Origin: Takakia lepidozioides
Taxonomy: Eukaryota > Plantae > Bryophyta
Reading direction: 5' to 3'
Assembly: GCA_030704615.1 (NCBI GenBank)
Contig: CM060731.1
Span: forward strand, 15,562,001 to 15,626,000
Length of the DNA stretch: 64,000 nt
The notes beneath the pieces were generated by a model that saw only the letters and a list, made by a program, of their open reading frames with translations, was not told the DNA's origin and ran no database searches. The position numbers were made by a program, and so were the translations under genes. Each line of letters opens with the position of its first letter. Positions within the stretch are counted from its first letter, which is position 1. Positions 24,992 to 36,852 of the stretch are shown piece by piece.

Positions 24992-27900
24992 CTAATCTTC
25001 ATCATCCTCATTTATGTCTGGGTCATTGCATGTATCATTGTCTTCACCACAGACTTGATCTTGTCCAAGGGTTGGCTGAACATCATCACCACGTATACGG
25101 GGTGCTCGGAGGTACAAGGAGGCCACCTGCTCTACAGTAACCGGTACTGCTCGGCTGCATGTTGGGCCATCAGTAACCAGAGTCTCCTCTAGTCTTTGTG
25201 GGGCTAACAATCCTTCCACTTCCGCCACATCATCATTATCAATTGATATGTCGCAAACCACTCTACGTGCTCGGGGGCTCTTCTCCAGGACGACTTTCCA
25301 CCCCGGCTCCTTCACACAATAAAAAAAAAAACACTTGATCAACCTGGCCAGGAAACACAAAAGGTTGCTTAGAAGGTAGAAGCATACGGTTAAAATTGAC
25401 CAGTGTGAAGCCATCATCATCCCGCTTCATTGACATAGGTTGACGACCCACGCGACGCGCCCGTACCCACGAACACAAAAACACCATGTTTTGGCTGTGT
25501 TTGGCCATAGTCAATTTGCAAAATCTCCCTTATAAGACCCACATATCTTGTAGGTTCCTCCATGTCATTGCCTGAATTGTTGGTAATGGGCTGCTGCTGG
25601 AAAACAGATGAGACTCCACAATCAAAAGACACCATACTTGTTGTGTTCATGCCGGGGGATGTAACCCTGTAATGGTTACCATACGCTGTCATACTCTTGA
25701 ATGACAGGGCAGTAAATGATGGAGGCCTTGAAAGATCCAGTAATTCCTCACGTGTTGTAGGATCAAGCCCATCTGATTGAATTGAGAGATGATCCCGTAC
25801 ACCTTGAGGGAGCCAAACAGCAAATGGAGGACATGGATGCAAATCAGGAGGGTACTGAATTGCCGTGGGATTGCTCATGCCTTCCAGCCCTTGCTCCTCA
25901 CGAAACAAGCGTCGTCCGGCTTCTATCCGTGTGGACTCTGCTTCATATATCCTGTCACAATCCGAGGGTCAGCCAGGAGATTGACAGAGGTGGCGTGGAA
26001 GATATGAAAAGACACAATATGCCAACTAATGAGAAATGACTAAAACTTGGAAATCTAAATGTCAATGAAGTAGATTTCTTACCTCAACATGACTGACAGA
26101 CGAGGATGGTTCTGAATGTTGTACTCCTGTACAATATCACGCAGGTCATTCAATTTTCGGGCTTTAGAACTTCCTTCCACAACTTCACGTTCCACAGTTC
26201 TGCCTCATCTGCATCCCACACCATTCGTACACTTCCATCAAATCCTGCCATATACTCTGTGCAAACACCCAATGCTTCTTCAAATTGGTATCCTTTTGCC
26301 ATGCTCCCCTCGGGCCTTGCCATGTTTCTTACGTAGCCCTTCATATCTTTCATTGCCCGCTCCATGGGGTACATCCAACGAGATGCTACGGGCCCGCATA
26401 AGTACAACTCGTCCACTAGGTGAACAACCGGATGTGTCATCACATCAAAAAATGATGGTGGGAACTCATTCTCTATAAGACACAGAGTGACAACTGCTTC
26501 AGTTCTCAATTCCTCATACTCTAGATACAGGATTCACCACTTTTGTACACAACTTCTTAAATACACGAGAATGGCCCTGCGAGGACCACTTGCCATGAGC
26601 CCACGGATAGCAAGCGGTATAATTTGCTGCATGAGCACATGATAGTCATGTGATTTCATGCTAGACAATTTCTTCTTCACCACATGCTTTTTGAAAGCTG
26701 ATGCGTAGCCTGTTGGCACTTTCAAGTTCTGCACAATCTCCAGAAAGACTTGTAACTCAGCCTCAGTGAGGACATAAGGGGCAGGAGGCATAATTAACGT
26801 ATCTGCTCTGTCAGGAGCCACAATTCCGGGCGCATCCCAAGTAGCTCCAAATCACGGCGAACTTTCAATGTGTCTTTCTCACCAAAGATAGTTTTAATAA
26901 TATTTTCAGCCAAGTTCTTCTCGCAATGCATTGCGTCAAACGTGTGGCGGATGATGAGACCCTACAAAATGAACACATAAGTAATTGAGCATTTACTCAT
27001 CACAATTTAAACAGAAAACGCAAAAATGTACACAGCCAATTTAAAGGCCATGAAGGAATTGCCTCCCAATAAGGTAAAACATATAAAATTGACAATCGCT
27101 TAGCTCCATGAGTTTTTGCTGGGTCTGTCCTGCTATCTGGCGTCCCTCCGTTTTCCACCCATGCAGTGCGAGCTGTTGCAAGCTCCTTGATTTGTGTTCC
27201 AGTCTGCGTTTTTGGAGGAGTTCCATGCTCAGTAGCGCCATTGAACATTCTTGACCTTCTATATGGATGATTGCGGGCCAGAAATCTTTGGTGGCCTAGG
27301 AAAACAATTTTCCCACATGTGTGTAACTGCTGTGAAGTCACCCCGGGTCCATAAGCTGGACAACCAGCATAACCTTTCGTCACTTGACCTGAGAGCAAGC
27401 CATATGCTGGGTAGTGATGGATTGACCACATCAACACTGCCCTCAGTGTGAATTCGCGTTGACCACGAGGACGGGAAACATCATGAGCTGCAATCCCTCT
27501 CCATAGTTCCAGTAGCTCTTCCACTAGGGGCATCAGGTAAACATCTACGTTGTCCGAGGTAACAGACTCCTTACCAGGAATCAGTAGCGCTAACATGACA
27601 AATAACTTTTTGGTCATTAACCACGGAAGCAGATTGTAATTGACCAAGAGAACGGGCCATGTGCTCCAACTGGTGGATTGAGCTCCATAGGGATTTACAC
27701 CGTCTAAGGCCAATCCAAATCGCAGAGATCGTGGCTCTGCAGCAAAATCCTCAAATGTGGTATCAATGTGTCTCCATGCTTTGCTATCAGCTGGATGTTG
27801 AACCAACCCATCATGGCTCTTATGTCTGTCGTGCCATGTCATGAGGTTAGCGATCGATTTACATCGGTACATACGTTTCAACCTTGGAATGACAGGGAAG

Positions 27901-29134
27901 TGTCGCAATACTTTCTTGGGCACACTTCCACGACCTGGAATGTAACGGGAACTGCGGCACACTGGGCAAATGTCTACATTCTCATACTCCCCACAGAAGA
28001 GTACACAACCACGCTCACAAGCATGTATCATGGTGTACTGCAATCCCATCTTGGCAATCATGGTTTTTGCTTCATAGTGAGTTTTCGGCAATGACTTCTC
28101 TTCAGGCAAAAAACTCTTACACAACAATCCCAGAAACTCATCCACAAATGCATTGGTGCACTTGTGGGTAGTGCATGCGTTCAGCAACGTCAAAGTTGCT
28201 TGCAGCCGGCTGATCGAGCACCCTTCAAAAAGTGGACATTGCGACTATCGGAAGAGTTTATCATACTTGGGATCAACGTGCAGGTGAGCATTCTCATCAA
28301 ATTCATTGTCTCCGGAATCGTCGAGGTCGTCGTCATGATCGGCAAATGTGTGATCGGTTCCACCATGAATGGGGTCCTCTCTGTTTGCATCTGCAAAGAG
28401 AAACGCTTCCTACAATACACAGTGGATTTCTACCTCCAATCCACCACCCTCATATGCGTTCTCTGTGACATTGGGCTCCCGTTGTGCTGCAGGGCCTTTG
28501 TCTTCATCATCTGAATATTCACATCCCTGCACCCCAATAGTCATCTTGTGAGTGGACCAACAACGATGTGACACTTGTTCATATTATGACATGGGAGGCA
28601 CGGTGACGTTGCAGTGATGCAGTCATATTTACGTATGTATCTTATGAATATACACCCAATCAAAACACGACATTTGTAGCCATTGAAGTCATAGTTGCAG
28701 TCACTTAGTTAGTCATATATGACTACATGACTACACATGACCAATGAAAACATGACATGTACATTAATTAAAGTGATAACGGAAGTGACGTAGTCATAGT
28801 CACGTCTGTATCTTATGACTTCTTGACTACAATCACCCAACGAAAATGTCGACATGTGGAGAAGATGATCGTTGCATTCAAAATTCAAACTAAAGTGCTA
28901 AAGGGAAAGTGGCGATCGTACCGGAAGAGAACAGTGTCGGAGAAGAGGATCCCTCTCGTGTATCATGTAATGATTCCTCACTGTTTCCGACAACAGTAGT
29001 TTTCCTCCATGACACTCATCGCAGTTGCATAGCATTTTTGTATGCCCATTCCTTGTGGCATAAGCTTCTTCCATTCGCCATAGACGATCATCTATTCTAC
29101 GCCTACGCATCCGGTCGTCACCTGCACTGTACAT
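24992..29134 (-). pseudogene. CACTA TnpD-like transposase (transposase-associated domain, Transposase_21, DUF4218, DUF4216), spliced and decayed
   Basis: MLCNCDEC...VRNHY; IHACERGC, RHFPVIPRLKR, GLALDGVNPYG, WSTWPVLLVNYNL; KSHDYHVLMQQ, FPPSFFDVMTH, RWMYPMER, RPEGSM; YVGLIREILQIDY, PFVFPGQVDQVFF. Confidence 0.93.
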
Positions 29135-30606
29135 GCTTTGAACGTCACCCCTTCCCTCTTTGCATGCTACGCACAGTGCATTGTCTCTTGTTTTGCACCA
29201 GCTGCCAATGTACTATTTCTATATTTATAGTATACTATAAGTATCGTTTCTGAGTGTCCATGGTGAAGCGGAAGGTCTTCGAAGTGACAGTCCCTCTCAC
29301 TGAGTACGAGAAGTTCCGAGAGCACCGGATTGCTGCCATAAAGGAGGTGGAAGCAACGTTCAAGCAGTCGATAGATGGGTGAGTTTAGTTCCTGACTTTG
29401 GTTACCCACCCACTAAACTTGCGATTCGCCTTATCCTCTGACCTTCCTACAGCTCTCATAAGCTTCATAGCACAAATGGGGGCGAGTAGCTGCGACTTGT
29501 ACAAACAGAGAGGCAAACAACATGTAGTGAGTGACGATTAGGTTTGAGGAGGGTGTGTCATTAGGCGGGAGATGTCCGCCGTCATTCGTGGGCAGCCATT
29601 ACGTCCTGGTAGGGTGCGGCTGTGGTTCAGCGTAGGCTTAAGAGTATTAGGGTATGTATGCTTGCATTTGTTTGTGATTGTTTGAGAGGGAGGTCATGGA
29701 GGTATTTGTGCAGGCTTGCGGGAGCGAAACGCCCTCGCAAGCCACGCGCTCCGAAGGAAAAAGCTAGGGATCAAAGTCCTGCAAGGCAAAGTGCCAGACT
29801 GAAGACAATGAAGACTACGATTCTGTATGAGGGCTCTTCTGAGGACGATGAGGACGATCCACTCCTCCCACGCCAGTGTGAGGCGAGTGCGTCGTCGGCG
29901 GATGCCACGGCGAGCCGAGGAGAACATGCCCAAGCTCATGTCGCAGGACAAAAACGCCCATCATCTACACTATGAACACCTTCTCCGTCTGTGGGTTATA
30001 GTTCTTCACAATGACCATGATTCAAATTATGTATGTTTTTGGTAAAATCACGAAGAGATAGGGTATGGTAAGATCATGAAGAGATAGGGTATGTCTGTCA
30101 AGACAGGGAAGTTGGACAATGCAGGGATCAGCCAAGGCACAATCACAAATGATTTCCACTAGACAAGTTGAAGTGCCAAAGGCACGATGTCAGCCCAATG
30201 TAGACTTCAGGTGTGTTCAAATTCTTTGCCCCATGAAACCAACGTCCTGGTACTAAGCTACAATGGCTACTTATAGAGATACTTGGGTTACTTATGCACC
30301 CAGAATATCAGTAAAACTTGGAGGGATACTTCTCATGGACCCATCAGGTTTGTCCCTTTGAATTCTTGCTATGGATTTCAGGAACACCCCATACCTAAGA
30401 GGGTTCAAAAATGTACTAGAAGGACATCATTGGGGCCAATCAAATTTGGGAGATTTACTGCCCAAGATCATACTGAGTTTTGGGTAATCTTGTCTTTACA
30501 AATCATATGTGCTTCCAGTTTGTTATCTTGAATTCAAGGATTTGCTTCTTGCTGCCTATATGTATGTGTAATCACCCACATTGTACTGGGGGAATTTCTT
30601 TTCAGG

Positions 30607-33111
30607 GCAAGCACAAGCGCACTGGATCCACGATCCCTGCTGCTAGCAATGGAGATGGCGCCCACAAGAACGCAGGAGGTGGCCATAACTCTCCCATCGT
30701 TTTGGGTTCTGTGCCACCAGTACCCCCACCTTATTATGGTATGCCTGAGTACCCACAGTCTGGCACTCAGTATGGTCAGGGTCAATATGGTGCTCCTCCA
30801 TATGGGCAATATGGCCAGTATCCTCCTCCACCATATTTGCCACCCCCTAATAGCTATGGGGGTGGCAGACCACCGGAATATCCTCCTGCTTATGGACAGT
30901 ATGGCCAGTATGGTCCTCGGCCTTCTGGCCAACAGCCATGGCCACCAGTCCCTACTTGGCAGGATCCTACTGTGAATTCTCATGTGCGTACGGAGGTCTC
31001 TGAAGGAGGGGAGGGTGCCGTTTCAAAGAATGATAGAACCAATGCTTTAAGGAGGGCTAATAGCTTAGCCAAAATTGAAGCTGCCAAGGTAAAGGAAGAG
31101 AGAATAGTTGCAGGTCTTCCTCCCACGGTGATTGTGACGAACCTCAAAGGAGCCCCGTATGGTCAGACCCGAAATGTATGGCACGTTGCCCTTAAAGGAC
31201 AGGCTTATCGCAAGCTAGATTGTTCCCTTGCCATCAACAACCAACCTGATGAACTTGTATACGAAATCAGAGATCACCTGGCTAAGCTATTTTCATATAC
31301 GCCACACAAGTTAAAAGACTTTCACCTAAAACAAACAATTGGCAGAATAATGAAGATCCAGTGTTATGAAGCACATACTGCGTGGTTGGGTGGTAAGGGG
31401 AAACCCATTACTGTATCTGACGAGGTATAGAACAAGCTTGTAAGTTACTGGCAGACAGAGGTGTTCCACAAAGTGTCGGGCAACATGAAAAAGGCAAATG
31501 GTGCAATTCAGAATCCTACCAAGATTGGCCGTGGTGGGAAGGCAATGGTGGAAGCACGCTTGGTAAGTGGCATCATCACGACTCTGTATTTTGTTCCTCA
31601 TTGAATTGCTATGTGTATATAGTCAGCCCTCACATTGCTTACTGACTTGTGGCATGGGTTTGTTTGTGGCATGGATTAATTAATTTGCAGGAAACCCTAT
31701 CAGGGTGCCCTCCTACATTATATGAAATTCAAGAGGGTTCAGTGTCACGGTTGTCAGCTGGGAGTGACAGGCGGGTAAGTATGTTTTCCAAGTTTGCTAG
31801 AGTGGTTGCTGCATCATAGGTTGCTAGGGTTTTTTTCAAGGCTTTTGGCCTGGGTTTTCTTTCCAATGGTTGTTCATGCTAGGTTTTTTTTGTTTGATTC
31901 ATACTTGGGCAAGTTTTCATGGATTGGCAGGAGGGAAGTCTCGCATATTCTACAGTAGTTGGCAGGATGGATGGCTTGGACAAAGTGGTGGAATCACAAG
32001 GACGTGACATGGCAGACTTAAAATTACAGATGCAGAGCATGATTGAGTACCAGAAAGCCATTGTGGCCAGATTGGGGATTAATCTACCAGGCGCATGACC
32101 AGTGACATCTACGATGGATGCGTCTGCTGTGACAATATCAAAATGTTTGGAATCCCAATTTCAGACGGTAACTGGTGCTCACTCTAAGCCCTTATGTCTT
32201 CTTGTCACTGATGATCATTTGAATTTGACCGAACAACAGCAGAATACAGGGAAGGCCAGCTGTGAGGTACACGTGGAAATTCAGCCATTGCCACGTACAA
32301 AGGCAGTAGCAATCCAGGGGGCAATGGTGACAGAGCCGCCTGGCACACCGGATTCTGGTATGCAGGTATGTGGGAGTTTAAATGGGGAGGAAGATGCAGA
32401 CGGGGACAAAACAAACAAGCATGTTGCTTTAATTTCTCCTACTCACATGTTGAAGCCAAATGACAGTTTACATCCTGGACCAGCGAGGAAGCATTTACTA
32501 ATTCTGGACTTAAATGGTCTGTTATGTGAATCTTTTCATTTTGCTAATGGGCCTGCATCCCTTCCCAAAGGTTTTGTGGGGAAGATGTGTGGCAAGAAGA
32601 TGGTAATTTGAGACCACGCTGTTATGACTTTTTGCAAAAGTGTTTTGAACACTTTGAGGTGGTGGTGTGGTCTTGTTACCAAGCTCGCAACTTCTTCCCA
32701 ATGGTGGACTATATTTTTGCAGCCCACATTAAGCTGGTTTTCCAGTGGGATGCCCTTCACTGTGATGAGGATCCAGTCCTCTCATGCCGTAAGGGGTCTG
32801 ATTCAAAGCCATTATATTTCAAGAACTTGTCTAGAGTGTGGGCAGACTGGCCAGAATGGACTTATGAGGACACTGTTCTTGTTGACGACACACCAAGAAA
32901 GGCGGCAAACAATCCTCCCTTCAGTGGGATTTTTCTAGAGCCATGGAAAGTGCAACCAGATTCACCAACTGATGAGTATCTAACAGAGGTGTTGTGGCCT
33001 TTCTTGTGGAAGGCATCGAAAGTTGCCAGTATTCCCAAGTTTTTGGATTCTCAGCTTGTTTTCGGACAACAACCATACAACACTGCTACTGTGAAGGTAC
33101 AAACATTCTGA
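30607..33111 (+). pseudogene. CACTA TnpA-like gene (Transposase_24-like) with C-terminal FCP1/NIF-like HAD domain; exons ~30607-31562, 31691-31774, 31931-33111
   Basis: V*NKLVSYWQTEVFHKVSGNMKKANG...GRGGK; GT-AG phase-0 introns; coiled-coil exon in frame with ORF 32102-32611; LLILDLNGLL, RP...FL, VVVWS, KNLSRVW, TVLVDDTPRKA. A probable further upstream exon lies near 29715-29950. Confidence 0.72.
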
Positions 33112-33649
33112 CAGTGCTCCAGAGGCTACAAGTTTTGTGGGTTCATTCATTGCATTGCTTTCCTGGATGCTTCTCCTCGGTTGCTTGATTAATGCTAGGT
33201 TTTCTTTGCAGGTTTTCATGTTGGCTTTTTTTGTTTGATTCATACTTGGATTTTGTTTCTATTCACTATTCATGTTTGCTCATTGCTTTCCTGGTTGTTC
33301 TCTGGTCTGTGACACAGTTTTAAAATGAAAGTGGATTAAATGATTTAAATTCTTCATTACATGGTGAAATTCCAACATGAAAACAGAATGGATCCCTCCT
33401 GCATACTATCAACCACAAGGAGAATGAAAATAGTCAACTACAGGGGAATACAAGCCCTATAAATCACATTACAAAAATCCAAATGAGACCAATGTCCCAA
33501 TGGACACCTCAAAAGCCACAAGGTCAAAAAATCCATGCCTCAAAAGGCCCAGCAAAAAACAAGCAAGCCCACACATGGGCTGAATTATTGTAGCTAGTAT
33601 GTTCTGGTGCTATTAGAATCAAGAACTCTATTAAACATTGCAATATTGA

Positions 33650-33930
33650 CTATCCCTTCTGCAGCTCCATAAGTTTCAGTAACTTTAGACTCCAAAGTGT
33701 TGTCTGGCCAACCACCTGCCCCAACTCGGTATGTTTCCTAACACCATTCACATATGATAGAGGGGTGTTACTGACACATGCCTCTTTGATGTACACATAT
33801 GCATAATCAAGGGGCACAACAGGGTACCCGTAACCCACCACAACACCTTAAAGAGCAACAATCAGCCCTACTCCAACTTTCTTGCGTTTGGAGTTCACAT
33901 CGAACAGCCGAACCTCGTCACCCACCCTGA
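33650..33930 (-). pseudogene. Tnp1/En/Spm-like domain fragment
   Basis: EVRLFDVNSKRKKVGVGLIVAL*GVVVGYGYPVVPLDYAYVYIKEACVSNTPL...LGQVVGQTTLW resembles the CACTA Tnp1 C-terminal pattern. Confidence 0.55.
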
Positions 33931-34279
33931 ACTGTGATCCCAACTCCACACAAAAAGAACACGATGTGAAAACCCATGACATACACACGACTAGGACACT
34001 CAACATTTGCGAATTAAAGAGAGCCCCAAGGTTGGAAAAAATAAAACAAACAAGACAAGGGCCTGGACTTACTCCATTTGCAGTCTCGAGTGGTTGTGAG
34101 ACCTTTTTTGGGGGGCTACTCGTCGGGTCGACACTCTTGCCCTTGGTCTGTACCGGCTTATCGACATATCACCTTCCAAGGCTGCAATCCCCCTGTTCTT
34201 TTAAATATTAAATGAAAACTAAAAATTAAAATATAAACATTAAAAAATATAAACTATTTCGGAAAACAATCTTGATGAC

Positions 34280-34970
34280 ACGTGGCATCACACCTGCTCA
34301 AACCAGAACACGTGGCAGTATATGACACGACATTCTTTATCCATATTTTCACCACGTGTAAAGATCCGTAGTCATATATGCTAGTCATATATTTTGTCTG
34401 TGTGCCACATGTCACATCTCAAGTGCAACAGGTGTCTCGCTAACAACTCTCCATGTAGACATCCCTGTAGTCATATGAGTGAGTCATGTAGTCATCACGT
34501 GTGAAATCTGCCATAGCACACGTGTCCCGCTAGCGCCTCTCCATGTAGGCATCACTGTGCAGACATGTAGTCATATGATCATGGCAAGAAGTCGTGATAT
34601 GTCAAATTCGTAGTGGCGCACGTGTCCATTCGTCGCCTCTCCATGTAGGCATCACTTTGCAGACATATAGTCATATGATCCCCTGACGAATGCATGATGT
34701 GTCGCTTGCGCAGTGGCGCACGTGTCCCGCTGAAGCCTCTCCATGTAGGCAGCGCTCAACAGACGATGTAGTCATATATTAGTCATATAGTTGTGACTGC
34801 AACCCTCTCTGCAGCAGGACTCCAGGTGCCACGCAAGCAGTCACGGATATGACTTGCAAAACGCAGTCCTAAAGACTAGTCGCTATGACAAGGTTTTTTT
34901 CCACTACAGAGTGATGTAGTCATGAACGCATATAAAACTGAAAAAATAGTCATATGTGAAGTCATAAAAA
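34280..34970. repeat. CACTA subterminal repeats, including a ~90-100-bp unit in ~4 copies
   Basis: Recurrent CACGTGTCC...CTCTCCATGTAGGCA...TAGTCATAT at ~34430, 34520, 34619 and 34719; many AGTCATA motifs. Confidence 0.85.
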
Positions 34971-34988
34971 CGCTCATCTTTTGTAGTG

Positions 34989-35885
34989 GTCGGAGGGGTT
35001 TATCATAGACTTCTCCCAGTCCGAGGTGTGATAGGAAGAGATGAACCGGTGATTGTAACTTAGGTAAACAACCTCTCCCTGCAGATGCCACAATTGTTCA
35101 GCCACCTTGAGCCAAAATGAAACTCGTGTAACAGTTCTAACCACCTTCTCCTTCACAACTAAAGAGTGCAAAGGGTAGCGCTCAACCGGGTTGTGCGCAT
35201 GGCAGAGCCCGATCTTCTCCTCATCAAAAGAGGTACCAAGATACACCACTATAACCCTGGTAGTGAACGTAAATTGATGCTGCGGGATTCCAGTAATGGC
35301 TTGCTCCCAAGTAAAATCGTCAGCATGCAGGTCTTTGTCCCAGGCAGGACGAATATTGGTCAATGCAGCCGCAGTGCCACCCCGAATGAAGTCCCACAAT
35401 CGATAGCCAGTAATGGTCTTGGGAAACTTAAAGCTTTCAAGATCAGAGGTCCGATCCTTTGTCACAACAAACTTTGGTACTCCTAACTGGGGCCAGGTGA
35501 GCAGCCCTACACCAAGTCGCCGACGAATCTCATTCCTGGGCAATCGCTTGGCAATCTCTTTAGCATGGAGTTTCTGCAGCAGTCGTCCCGCAAAGGCACC
35601 TTGCTTGGCGGCAGCTATTTTCTTGCGTTGTTCACGAGCCTCCCACTCATTGCTCACAGGTTTGCGAGCTTCTCCGATGGCGGTCCGCTCAAACTGAGCA
35701 CACCAGTACTCAGAAGGCACGTCCAAAGGGATTTTGTCGTCCGGACCCCTCACAGGTGGTTCGCCTTCAGTAGTTTTAACCAGATTGGGCGGCGTAAGAT
35801 CACGAAGAACACCCAAAAACACTGCCTCAAAAGAATCGTCAGCAATGTCTAAACAAGACAATTCATACGAGCTAGAAGCCGCCAT
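34989..35885 (-). CDS. ORF1 of the dUTPase Gypsy element, ~300 aa, unknown function; 3' end clipped by the CACTA insertion
   Basis: Uninterrupted ATG-initiated ORF between the 5' terminal repeat and gag. The last native codon GAC is the CACTA TSD, and the native end GAC AGG TGA now lies at 22276-22284. Confidence 0.7.
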
Positions 35886-36004
35886 CGCACTTGCTCACTG
35901 CACAACAAAACACAACTAAAACGAGAGCTACAAGGTGACGGGTGAATAAAGAGTATGGCATGATGAACGCCGCCATTGCAATCTTCAATACGTACGACCT
36001 GCCG

Positions 36005-36133
36005 TACTGTTGGAATGAGAGAAGGGCCTTGGCTAACTTTAGGTACATTTAATCAGCCATACCAACCACCCTACTTTTCATCCAGCTTACGAACAAAAGA
36101 GCATCTGTAATAGGTGGAATACTCCATCTTACA
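36005..36133. repeat. 129-bp terminal direct repeat, copy 2 (5' end of the minus-strand Gypsy)
   Basis: Matches 14556-14684; ends TCTTACA followed by TSD CCCT. Confidence 0.95.
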
Positions 36134-36852
36134 CCCTTTTCTACCCAAGAGGTAATACCGTAACATACCATACCCACACACCCATTGCTATCTTTAGACC
36201 CAGAGGGTACTACTGCCACATACCATACCGACACATTAGGTTATCCCAACTATGTACCCCTTTCTTATAGGTGGGTTGACTAAAAAAGGGTAGTTACCTA
36301 ATGAATGACATCCAACATAGGTACACACGGACATAGAGATGTAAAACTCCATAAGAAATAACCTGTGCACAAAAAATAATAATAACATAGCAAAATTGAA
36401 GTGCTTATTCTCAGGTAAATCTACGTCTTTTGGCACTCTAAAGTGAGCTTTTTTTTGTTGTCAGGGTTAAAGGCCGTGTTGTAAATTGACTTGGGATTGG
36501 TGCAGGGAATAAATTTCACCAGAGACAAGTTGATGGAGGCTGGTGCGGAAATGGTAGAGTTTGATAGAGTCACATGTGGATGTGAAAATAACATACAATT
36601 GCATGTTGCGGATTTTCTGCATTGGCTTCACAAAGAAGCGACCCAACCACATTAAGCGCACTTGCTACGCACAATTTCAAAAATGTTAGACAATTTCTAG
36701 GGCTCTTCTACAAAATGATGCAATTCTTAGAAGTTGGATGGCAGAAATGAAATGTGGACTCTTGTCGAAGCAAATTGTAAACTTATGGTGTCACTTGACC
36801 CTTCCTTCTACCCTTGTGAAATCCAACACATTAAGCCCTCCAACTCAACCAC

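Larger units (their letters stand above)
24237..34988. mobile_element. Main body and right end of a CACTA (En/Spm) transposon
   Basis: Right TIR ...TCATCTTTTGTAGTG ends at 34988, followed by TSD GTC; contains TnpD- and TnpA-like genes and subterminal repeats. Confidence 0.92.
14209..36133 (-). mobile_element. Ty3/Gypsy element with extra ORF1 and dUTPase-like domain (~8.2 kb net), containing a nested CACTA and an internal inversion
   Basis: Termini TGTAAGA (14209) and TCTTACA (36133); 4-bp TSD CCCT at 14205-14208 and 36134-36137. The rejoined empty site (AACTATGCACCCCT|TTTCT) matches a neighbouring repeat copy at 36248-36265. PR-dUT-RT-RH-INT order on the minus strand. Confidence 0.88.
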
